Assembly (NCBI GenBank): GCA_002633005.1 | Contig: NMRA01000124.1 | Coordinates: 301,032-365,031 of the forward strand | Reading direction: 5' to 3' | Origin: Phoronis australis | Lineage: Eukaryota; Animalia; Phoronida | DNA length: 64,000 nucleotides | In this document: in pieces, positions 54,001 through 64,000 of the stretch | Numbering within the stretch: position 1 is the stretch's first letter | Layout of the letters: each line of letters begins with the position of its first letter | Made by a program: the position numbers and the translations under genes | Notes under the pieces: model-generated | Seen by the model: only the letters and a program-made list of their open reading frames with translations | Told to the model about the DNA's origin: nothing | Databases searched by the model: none

Positions 54001-57000
54001 GAGTTACGGTTAGCGTTAGCATTAGGCATAAGTTTGTGTGAGGTCTTTTCTTTCTGATTTTGCTGGATGTGTTAATCAGGGCTTGGGATTTTCTTCCTTT
54101 AAGAGGATTTCCTCTTTATTGGTTTTGATTTTCTCTACATTTCCAGTTTCTGGCTTTTCTGTCTCTTTTTCTCATTATTTTGACTTTATTCAATGCAAAA
54201 ACAGATAAATATGATGAACGCCATAAGGGCCTGCATGCCAATCTTCAAGATTAATGAAAATCAATTTCCGCTTAAATTTTGGTGTCCCAAATTTTAGGGA
54301 CTTTCAGCCCGGAGAATTTTGTAGTGTTTTGCAAAATGGAAATGAAGCATCTACATCTGCCGTTTTCATTATTGCTGTAGTATTCGTAGTTTTCTCTTCT
54401 TTATCGTTTGTAGTTGCTATTTGCCAGGAATTGTTCTGTTCAGTAGAACGCTTTCATTTGGTGTTCTTTCATTCATAAGTTTTCCAATTCTTGTTCAGAA
54501 CTAGCCAAGTGGACCAAGGCAGCCACTCGTATCCAGTGCCAGTGGAGAGGGTACCGCGCGCGAAATCTTGACCCCAAGGTGATCAACGTGAGGCATGAGA
54601 TGAGGTATCGACGCGCTGAGAGTCACGTGCGTGCACTCACACAAGAACTGGCGAACGTACGCCAAATGCACGACCAAGAGAAACAGTTGAGACTGTTGCA
54701 GCTGGAAGCAGTGAAACAACTATGGACAGAGGTGGGTGTTATCTCGTCGTACAGAGATTGTTCCTGATATAGAAATAGTCTAATGTGAGGTCATGAGTTC
54801 TAACCAGTCTTTCTTTATTTGCTCACAACAAGAATTACAATGTATGTGCAAGTTGAGCTCACAAGCAGCCACATACACGCCACACTCATACCAGGGATCA
54901 CACAAGGTTATGACAAAATAAAGGTACCATCAGGGTCCATCTATCATTGAATATATTTTGTTGGTAATTTTATGAATAGCTTTTCCAAAGGTAAACAGGA
55001 GGTTATTTGTCTTTATGGCACGTTGTGGATGTGTAATTTTGCCATGCAATTCAAGAGATTGACAATTTTTCATCTTTCCCTAAAAATAGGTGCATAAAAA
55101 TTAAATTTAATACTATTCCTGTTTTATTTAAAATGATACAATTTTGAAAAGAATCTCACAAAGACTTCTTTCTGACTCCTTTTCACAAAAAGTTCGCAAT
55201 TTTGAAGACAAGATGCCAATTTTACAAGGACGTCATGGGTACTAATTGTTCTATGAGTAAGTCTAATCTGGAACCATTTCAATTTAACATCATTTGTAAA
55301 ACTAACCGAGCCTGTGTATGTCTTTCACAGTCTTGATGAAGTATGTTCCCAGTCTGATGTAATTAAGCAAAATCAAAGATGATAGTTACCTGTAAGAACT
55401 GAGTTATTGAAGGGAACGATCTTGTAGGATGATTCAAAAGGAAAAGGTCAAAACACGGTGTATTGAAAGTGTTGTCACTTTGTGGTGGCTGTTTCCACTT
55501 TCACATGCCTTGCCCTTTTCATAATGTAGAGAAGTCTCATTCTATAATTAATTTGATTATGGTTTATCCATAACCCATTTGCTGGTGAGAAACGACAAAT
55601 AGGATTTTGTAAGGGAGTGGAGCCAGTGTACTTTTTGAATTTTCAGTAATGAAATGTATCCCTTTTGACCCCTTGATAAGATGATTTTGCTGCTTTTAGT
55701 GTTTTTTTTTCTCCACAGAAAAATCCATTAAGAAATCATTGAACCCAACTGTCTAAGTTCTTTCAAAACACTATGATGATGTAACTTTGGCAGGTGCAAG
55801 ACTTAAAAGACTGGAAGTGTAGCCACAGCCAACCACTTGCCACGCCTGCTGAACCTCAGGCAGAACTTCATGTGGAGGTAATTACTTCCTGTTTACATTT
55901 GAAGCACTTGCGAGCATTGCTGTACACTATGTCACTGTTGCTGCCGCTTTCAGCGCTCCGCTTTTGCTCAGGTAGGACGTGCATTGTATGATTGACTTAG
56001 TTTTCTAAAGGAGCAATTTATTAATTTCTTCTGAGCCAAGAGAAAGGAACAAATCATCAGGCCTCACTCGGGGTTTTAACGTTTTTTGGTGTCTGCACTA
56101 TGACTCACTAGGCAACAGTATGATTTTATTACCATCAGAATGACAGATGGCAACCACATGCTGTGATACTTAATATGACAACGACATGAGGTTTTGTGTA
56201 GAATTTGATCCGAATGCAAATGATTAATAATATGTTCATGTAAGATTTGTTTTTGCAGGTTGCTGCACTTAAAGACCTGGTGTTGTCACTTAACAAAAAA
56301 ATTCAAGTTTTGGAGGTGAAATCCAGTGAGAAACTAATAGCTCCTAGTAAGTGGACGTTTCAATTTCTAGAGTTCGTTTTGTAGATAGTCTTTGGCTTCT
56401 CATGATTATTCACAGATCAGTATATTTTTGTTGGTTATTTGTCCGTGCTTGGAATTTTCCTCTTTTAAAAGGATTCCCTCTTGTTTGATTTCCAGTTTCC
56501 TCATTTTTCATCTCTTTGTTCTCATTTCATTTTTGAAGAATTTTCCTCTTTTTTTGTCGTTGGTCACTGGTCATTCCAATCTCTGATTTGTAAATTATTA
56601 ACTAAGATTACCAGCTTTTTTTTTGGAAAGTTGCCAAACACAATTCTTGTGTCGAAAGCTTTTCTAGTTATGAATAGAATGTCACAGACTTTAAACTCTA
56701 TGTTTTGAGTTAGCATGAGCGATGTAATTTTAAGATCATGTTTTTTAAACATTTACTAGTTGCCCAGTTACTTCAATTTCTGGGCAGTTTTGTCATCTTT
56801 TGTGTTTATCTAATACTACTGACAGAAATAAAATGTTAAAAATATTATTTAAAACCAATTTTTGTTTATTTTAAGTCAAAACCACCAAGAAGAGTTACAG
56901 AGCCGGTAAAAATGTTTAACTTTGTTCCGACACTGTTGTTAGTTTGTGTTCTTCGTTTTCTGATGATGTCACTTGTGGCCATCTTCTTCAACTCTCGGTA

Positions 57001-60000
57001 GCGGAAATAAACTTGATGTTTTAAAATGGATCACTTTAAAGTGGATAGTCCCACATTACTTAACAACACTTGAACCTCGCGATATATATCCACAAGGCTG
57101 CAGCATCCGTTAAGCTCTTCTCCGGCCTTGTTTTCGCGCATTAGAAGTTTTCTTGTGTTATTTGTTGGTGTGTTGCATTTTTATTTTTTTGTTAACTGTA
57201 TTCGACCTTCCAGTGCCAGCAAATTTTACTTCTGTGCAATGGTCTGCAACTTTGATGACAGAAATTTAAAGAAACTTGAGAAATAACCATAGCTGTGATA
57301 TTTTCTGCCACGATTCCTAGAATCGGCCGGAATTTCTTAAATAAGGCCGATGTAACAACGCGTTTTTCTACCTCCGGGACAAGGGAGATTTCTATGCGGA
57401 ACCATCCTATNNNNNNNNNNNNNNNNNNNNNNNNNNNNNNNNNNNNNNNNNNNNNNNNNNNNNNNNNNNNNNNNNNNNNNNNNNNNNNNNNNNNNNNNNN
57501 NNNNNNNNNNNNNNNNNNNNNNNNNNNNNNNNNNNNNNNNNNNNNNNNNNNNNNNNNNNNNNNNNNNNNNNNNNNNNNNNNNNNNTCTCTTGTGTTCAAC
57601 CCATGACGTCACATGGCGGGAAATGTGAAAATTGGCAAAATTGAAAGAAAAATCAAAATTTCGAGCTAATTACACAAAATAAACATGGGTTTAGCTAAAT
57701 TTTACGTCATACATTTAGTTTGTGGCCACCGGTAATTCAAAATGTGCAAAAATTCATGGTGTGTACTGTTTAAGGCTTGGTCGTGGTTCGAACAATGTAC
57801 ATCACTTGAATGAACCCGGCTCACTGCTTTGTCAAGACGGCCTATAATCATTAAGGTTCAGTGTAAACTGAATCAGTAATTATTTGATTGTTATGCAGAC
57901 AAAGAGTCAATGAGCCTAAGGGAACACGTGCCGGAGACTACTCAAGACAGGAATGTGAATCAAAGTGCTCAGGAAACATGGGGTGAGTGTAGTGATTGAA
58001 AGTATTGTCATGGCTTAGACTGCTCAAATTCTGGACCATGAAATGGAATTAGTTTTTACATCATATTCACTTGTCAATTTTTATTTGTCGTTATTGTGAC
58101 AATTGGCAAATGAAAAATTCACTGTGTATTATAAATCATTTTTGTTTTGCTGTTTAAGACTAAATGCAGCAGTAGAGGCAAGAACTTAAAATTTTGCAGA
58201 CTGTCAATTTTATGTAAAGCTCAATGTTTTCAATGCTAGACATTTTTGGTGGTGTCCGGCAGTTTCCCAACACTCGTCGCATTTAGTCCAGTGAAGCATG
58301 AGGTGGTATGAAATAATGTCTGTAAAGATGGCCTTGTTGAGCTGACAAGATAGTCTAATTGAGATAAAGTCTTATAACTATAAATTCACACTTTTTACAG
58401 TAGATGCTAGAAATGTTCCCAATCGACATCTAAGCACAACTCAATGTGCCTTTCCAAACTGAAAAAAGCATGCTGCTCTTTTGTTCACATTTGTCGAGCT
58501 CAATATTGACACGCTGCTGAAAAAACGCTGGTAAGCAGAGTTGAACAGTCTTTTTGCAGTGCGTGGTGCAGTGCTTGTTCCCAATAGAATTGTGCAGTTG
58601 TATGCAAAGTTTTGGGTACATAATTCAAGTAGAAAAAATATTAGCAAAGGTTTGGACCCTGTTTTGGGAGAGTCACTCTGTATTATTTGGACAAGGAGTC
58701 TTACAGGTAGTGGGATTAAACTGGTAGTGGGCTTATGTTGGGGTGGATATTGTATTACTACGGGAAATGGAAAAGTATTATGATAAAGTAATTGGACATG
58801 TTTTTGTGCCTTTGAGATTGTTGCCTTGTTGTATCTGCACCTCGATATTCTTGTTTATTATTTATAGACAGTGGTCTTCAACTGTCCACTGACCATACCT
58901 TGTCCCTGGACCAGTCTGTGACAGGGGTGCCACAGGCTCCCACCAACCTCTACCTAGAGCATCGCAGTGACAAAAGCGTCGTTCTGCGCTGGGACCGGTC
59001 AGTCACACTGGACCAAGATGACCAGCCAGTGCACAAACCTTTGCTGGGTGAGTGGTGGCAATGGTTAAGTAAAGATCACCAGAAAGTTCACCTTTTTATT
59101 GCAGTCTTAATTTATTACATTTGAAGCACTGTTTATGGAAAACATCAGCGTTATGCCGTAGAGAGTAGGCGTGTTTTGTTAAAAGTGTACGTGTTGAGAA
59201 TTCAGTAATCAATAATGACTTATTATTCTTTTTAAGGTTATCGAATCTTTGTAAATGACATTCCTAAAGGCATGGTATCTGACAGAAAGACCAAAGCACT
59301 GGTGGATGGTCTTGATTTCAACTTCAGCTACAAGTAAGCCCTTGCTGGCAATAGTCTCGATTGTCATAAAATAAAAATAACAATGTGTTGAGTTGTTGCA
59401 TTTCTTAGATTTAACTAAAGAAATGCATGTAGATCTCTACTTATCCACATTCGTGTCCAAGTTTAAACTCACTGGCACCTCGACTTTTCAGAAATTTTGT
59501 TTCAAACACGCAAGCTTGACTTAACCCTTTCCCTGTAGTATTTTTTGTTCCTCAACTTCAACACCCGGGGCCACTAACCTGAACGAGTGTGATGCTTTTT
59601 GTTCTGTAGCCATTTGCGAAACCGGTTCTCTTTAAATTTGACCAAAATAACATAATTTGCTAAGTGTACATTAATTAAAAAGTACTGAAGCATGTCAGTG
59701 TTGCCGTTGGAAGAAAGCAGACGTGCTGTTAAGGAAAGTGATTGTCCGATAGTTATGCGACACTTCATTGAAGCACTGCAGTCTAAGCCATTGGTGTCAG
59801 TTGTTCTCATTATTGTGGGGCCTGGTTCACTACCCTAAAGTCATCTTAGTCTAAACAGAGTGAGTTCAGAGTGCTTCCCCTATGCCAGAGGGAGTAGCTG
59901 AACCCTGGCCATGAGCCGTAGAATACTTACGATGGAGGTAGGACCCTTATGACATTAGCCAACCATTGCAATGGGCGCTTAACCTTTAACCCTAACCACT

Positions 60001-63000
60001 CTTCACAAAACTGAATGCACTGCAGTCACTTGCATTGACGTGCTTGTGCGTGGTTGTAGATCAGTTTCTATTGCTGCAGTTCTTTGTATGTGGTAAGAGC
60101 TTTCGTGGCACATGGTGTTTTGTGGAGAGTGGGAAGTGTTCCTCGTTCTGTGGTAAGGATTAAATTGAGTGTGATCCATAACTGCCAATAACTAAAGTGG
60201 AAAAGTGTGACTGGTATTCCGTATAGCCAGGTGGTAGGTAATTGGCCCAATGGAACTATTCACGACTAAGGTTTTACACGTATCAACAGTCTAGCCAAAT
60301 ATCCTATTAAACTATGAAATTTAATTTGGTAAGATTTTCTGAAAGTAGGAAGCTTGTAGAACTTGAATTTTGACATGTTACCAATCTGACATGGATTAGG
60401 TCAAGTGAAATTACAGTCATTGCAAAACTGTGGCATAAATAACTTGACCAAATTTTGTTTGATGTAAATGATCAAGATAAAATCTCAAAAACAATTATGT
60501 TACAGTTTATTTGGTTATTACTTCGTTTTTGCATGCAACTTTTGTGCTATTTTTGATGGCCCCTCTTGGAAAAGTGAATCATATTCAAAACAATTTTAAA
60601 TTTATTTTTTGGAGAACAGTGCCTATTGCTTAGTATTTGATCAGCCATTCTGAGATACATGTATGATGTTCTGAAGTTTGCCAAGTACGGGCTTTTTTAG
60701 GTTCTTAAATGTCGCTCGTCATTGTTTTGTAGAATCTATGTCCGAGCTGTGTCAGCTGTTGGAGAGTCTGAGAATTCTAACGTGTTGTTCGTACATGCAG
60801 CCGTCGACAGAATGCAGTCAGATGCACGACATGACGAAGATGGCGATGGTGGTGGTGACGACAATGACGTGAATCGCGACCCTGACAGAGACATTGACAC
60901 TTGCAAGGGCCAGACGTCTGGAGACTCGTCTTCGATCTTGAGGGCAGGTAGCATGTGGTTCAACAACAACAACAACAGCAGTGATCAGGCAGGAGAGGTC
61001 AAGAGGCCGGGTCAGGTCAGCGAACAAAGTCAATCTGTTGGTTATGAAAGCATAGAGACTTCAATATCGAAAGTCAAAGTAGATGGTAAGACTCAGGAGG
61101 TTGTGTTGAAGGTGCCTAGTGTGTTGGATAGACTGGAGCAGAAGTTGAGTGATTATAAGTTGCATCAAACGGAGCAGCTCGAAACACGCTCTGTTGATTG
61201 GCTGATAAGAAAAGCAGACGACATGAACTCCAATGACTCATTGTCAGGAGAGCCGTTGAAGAACTTGCCACCTGGGGCTGAAAAATGTGCGATCACATTG
61301 ATAACTCGTGGTGAAGATGAAACTGATGGAAAACAGACAGACAAACAGACTGTCAACATTGTACACGGTGCAAACGGACAACTTGCAGGTTATGATAATG
61401 GCAGCCATATGGACTCAGTGCTAAAAGAAGGAGATGAGAAATCTCAAAGTAATCGTCAGCAAAATTGTACAGAATATGTTGAAAATGCTGTGCCAAAAAC
61501 AAAAAAGTGGTCCAATGTCCTGGCCGATTCTGACTCCAGCGACGACTTGGAAATTAACGGCAGTCCTCGGTCTAGAAGTTTTGACCCTAACCCTCACTCT
61601 CCACATCAAGATGAGAAGAGAGTCAGTATGGTGGACTGTGAGGAACCTGTTGTTCCCAAAGGGAAAAAGTGGTCTGGAATACTCGCAGATTCCGGCTCTG
61701 AGGAAGAAAGTCCTGTAGCCCATCGACCTGGGATTGCTAGCCATAAAGCAGGGAGCATAGTGAACAGTCCCGTCTCGAATCACGAAATGGGTGAACAGTC
61801 ATCTAGACGTGGAGAGCCAATGGGGTTGCCTGGCTCAGTGCCACAAATTGGACAGGGGAAAAAATGGTCACATGTACTGACAGTGAATGACTCTATGGAT
61901 CTGGACGATAGTGTTGCTATTAATTTGCCCAATCACGGAGAACCCGTTGTGCCAAAAATGAAGAAGTGGTCTCGGATTAGAACTGAGTCAGTTGACGATG
62001 GTCCCCAGGACGCATATTTTGGTGGCATAAGGTCGGCAAGTAGTGAGAGTACGACCAATCAGAAGCAAAATGCTGGTCAAGATGTGGCAGGGGCTGCAGT
62101 AAAGCCCTGTTCTCCTGTTCACGTGCATAGCGAGGCACTTGTTGACCCGGACATTGTGACCCCCGACCTGTCTGAGGCTGCTGTGCCCAATGAGAAGAAA
62201 TGGTCAATGGTGCGTCCTACGTCGAACTCTGAAAGCGAAGATGTAGAACCCGCTCCTCCTGATCGACGTTTGAGGGGAAGCGGTGCTGTACGAAGCTGTG
62301 ATGATGGACAAGGTGAAAAAATATTAGATGAAAAATCTTCTGACATGAAAACCCACAGTAGTTTTGACTGTAACATTGATGAAACTCTAAAGAGTCCGGT
62401 GTTCGACCATAGTTTTCATGAAGAAGCCGAAAAAGTTTTACAGTCATTGGGAGACCCAGTGACCGAGAGCGAAACTGATGGCGAGACTGACAAAGCATTT
62501 AATGATCACGTGCACTATGGAAATCATTGGCCTGATACTGACCTTGTTCCTGGGTTGAAGTTAGGGTCAACGGTCAATTACGGCTCCTCAGATGGCGGCG
62601 GGGTGGATCTTGGGCGACAGCATTTAGAAAAGACTGCTCGGACAATGAATGGCGTGAATAGTTTGAGAAACTTGACCGACAAGGGCCGTAATTCGAAAGA
62701 TAGTGGAAAAGAAATCTCCAGGTAACCCGATGCGTTTTTATCTGGACTCCATTGTTAGAAATTTATTCAAATGCAATTTTTTTGTTTTGAATGAATTGTT
62801 GGCAAAAAAGTGCATTTAGCCAGTTCTCTACAAGTTTCCATGGTGAAGTTTATCCATGTGAATGTTATAAATTTTGCATCAGTGCAAGGCATTATGTTGT
62901 TAATGGTAAGTACTGAAAATGTGCCTGTTCTGTTTATGTATGATTTACTAGAAATGTACTGCATCATAACAAAAAGTGGAGTCCGATTTTCATCATTTAG

Positions 63001-63115
63001 AGCGTCCCCAAAAACCAAAACGTCACCGTTGTCTACCAGCATTCCCAAACTGAAGCGCATTCCACCCAGACGTCTGACTCTGAAGAAGAAAACAAAGTCT
63101 GAGGTTTGTGTATGA
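39036..63115 (+). CDS. CEP97: Centrosomal protein of 97 kDa orthologue (LRR + IQ) with extended C-terminus containing an FN3 domain; 3' end may continue beyond 63103
   Basis: Exons 39036-39048, 41928-42073, 43439-43541, 44332-44387, 45335-45436, 45920-46033, 46807-46889, 47625-47708, 47972-48083, 48880-49078, 51537-51671, 52889-53737, 54499-54731, 55794-55877, 56259-56346, (56876-56905), 57899-57982, 58868-59047, 59237-59333, 60733-62721, 63001-63103 (or to stop 63115). CEP97-diagnostic [63 protein letters not shown]; IQ motif [15 protein letters not shown]. Confidence 0.93.
41645..41870. mobile_element. MITE-like element (CAGAGGCGGATCTA...TAGATCTGCCACAG) in CEP97 intron 1
   Basis: Imperfect terminal inverted repeats with G/C-run subterminal blocks. 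Confidence 0.5.
46890..47624 (+). other. U12-type (minor spliceosome) GT-AG intron in CEP97
   Basis: 5' site GTATCCTTT; branch CCTTAAC at 47610-47616, 8 nt before the exon; splicing restores the conserved ATP-GFDYRPY. Confidence 0.92.
49680..49850. repeat. Degenerate ~40-45 bp tandem repeat
   Basis: Recurring GTGTGAAT...GCCCTCA(T)AGAA..G units. Confidence 0.55.
51740..52606 (+). mobile_element. Near full-length DINE-1/HINE-like non-autonomous Helentron
   Basis: 5' subTIR ATGCGCCCAC (51745-51754), (GTCC/GTCT)n microsatellite, internal GCCCCCTAGTGG-type repeats, degenerate 3' subTIR ATGGACGCAT and GTAGTT end. Confidence 0.7.
53830..54030. repeat. Degenerate (TTAGGG)-like hexamer repeat in CEP97 intron
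   Basis: GTTAGC/GTTAGT/TTAGGG periodicity. Confidence 0.6.
57411..57585. other. Assembly gap (N run)
   Basis: Ns in sequence. Confidence 1.
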
Positions 63116-64000
63116 GAAACTAATGCCTGCTCCTAATTGTCTCTAAACTTTTCTAGAATTTTTGTTCACTTTGGGTTAGTGGCTTTGGTAACAACATGTT
63201 TGAAGTACCGACAGAGACAGCAGAATAAGTGTGGTAGACTAAAGGGATGTTATCGGCAAGAAAAATGATTTTCTAAGATCATCCTCAGTATGGAATCGAA
63301 CGTTCAACTCCCGCAGTTGCAGCCAAATGCTTTGCTGGTGGAGTTAAATACCACTTCGTGAACAGCAGACTATTTTAAGCATAATATGTAATTGCTGAAG
63401 TCACCCACAGTCCGACAAGAGCGAGAATTGCCGATTTGTAATGAAATGATATCACAAATTAAAATGGATTTTGATGTTTTATTGAGCTGATCAAAGCTAA
63501 TAATTTCTAGAGGTCTGTCCCATCCAACAATAATTTCCAAAATGTGTCTTTCGACTGTAAAACTGATAACGCCCCTTGAAAGCGAAAGAAAAAAGTTGTC
63601 AAGATTTCAATATTTAAGTGAACCGAAATAGAAGCTCAGTGCACTATTTTTGACCCTTAAGTAGAATTGGGATCAAGCCTTCACTTGTTTAAGCGAGTGT
63701 TCAGTGCTTTTAGGGCCCCTGCAATGCTAATTAGGTCAAACCGTTATGACAAACTTGAAACTGCAATCAATGAAATAAGCTAGGGCGATTCTTGCTGTTG
63801 AGACAATCTGTGTTTCTTTCGTGTGGACTTTTTATCGTTAGCTTGCCTTGTAAAAATCCTGAAAGTTGAGGGCTTCACCCACAACAATGAAATAACATGT
63901 TATTGTATCAAAATCATGGTTTCCAAAGATGGTGCTGGATGGATCTTTAAACTGAACTAACCAATCTCACGATTGCATTGTCGATGTTTATTTTTGGAGA

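Noticed and set aside
53830-54030. Interstitial telomere / fusion site
   Set aside because: Highly degenerate, single orientation, intronic; ordinary low-complexity repeat
58401-58530. Possible extra CEP97 exon (ttttacag...CTG|gtaagc)
   Set aside because: Stops in all three frames; cannot be supported as coding without transcripts

Overview
Eukaryotic (animal, probably marine invertebrate; inference) AT-rich genomic window with spliced genes, two assembly gaps and three single-N joins. Four protein-coding genes were reconstructed by reading splice sites and phases. (1) A minus-strand divergent protein kinase-like gene with a polybasic/CCCC N-terminus (exons 19572-19694, 14949-14985, 12566-12974, 8185-8676; C-lobe exon not found). 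(2) A minus-strand multi-C2H2 zinc-finger gene (26699-28573). (3) A complete 5-exon RPL24 (minus, 154 aa). (4) Head-to-head with RPL24 and 306 bp away, CEP97 (plus, about 21 exons, at least 1628 codons). This CEP97 has a U12-type intron, the LRR and IQ regions, and an unusual C-terminal extension with a fibronectin type-III domain and five dispersed KKWS motifs. The rest is intronic or intergenic DNA rich in non-autonomous transposons (DINE-1/HINE-like copies, an IS3EU-type MITE with 6-bp TSD, short TIR MITEs), a decayed RNase H-bearing LINE and small tandem repeats. Two near-identical tandem duplications at single-N joins are most likely haplotype artefacts. No prokaryotic-type system, CRISPR array, tRNA or rRNA was seen.
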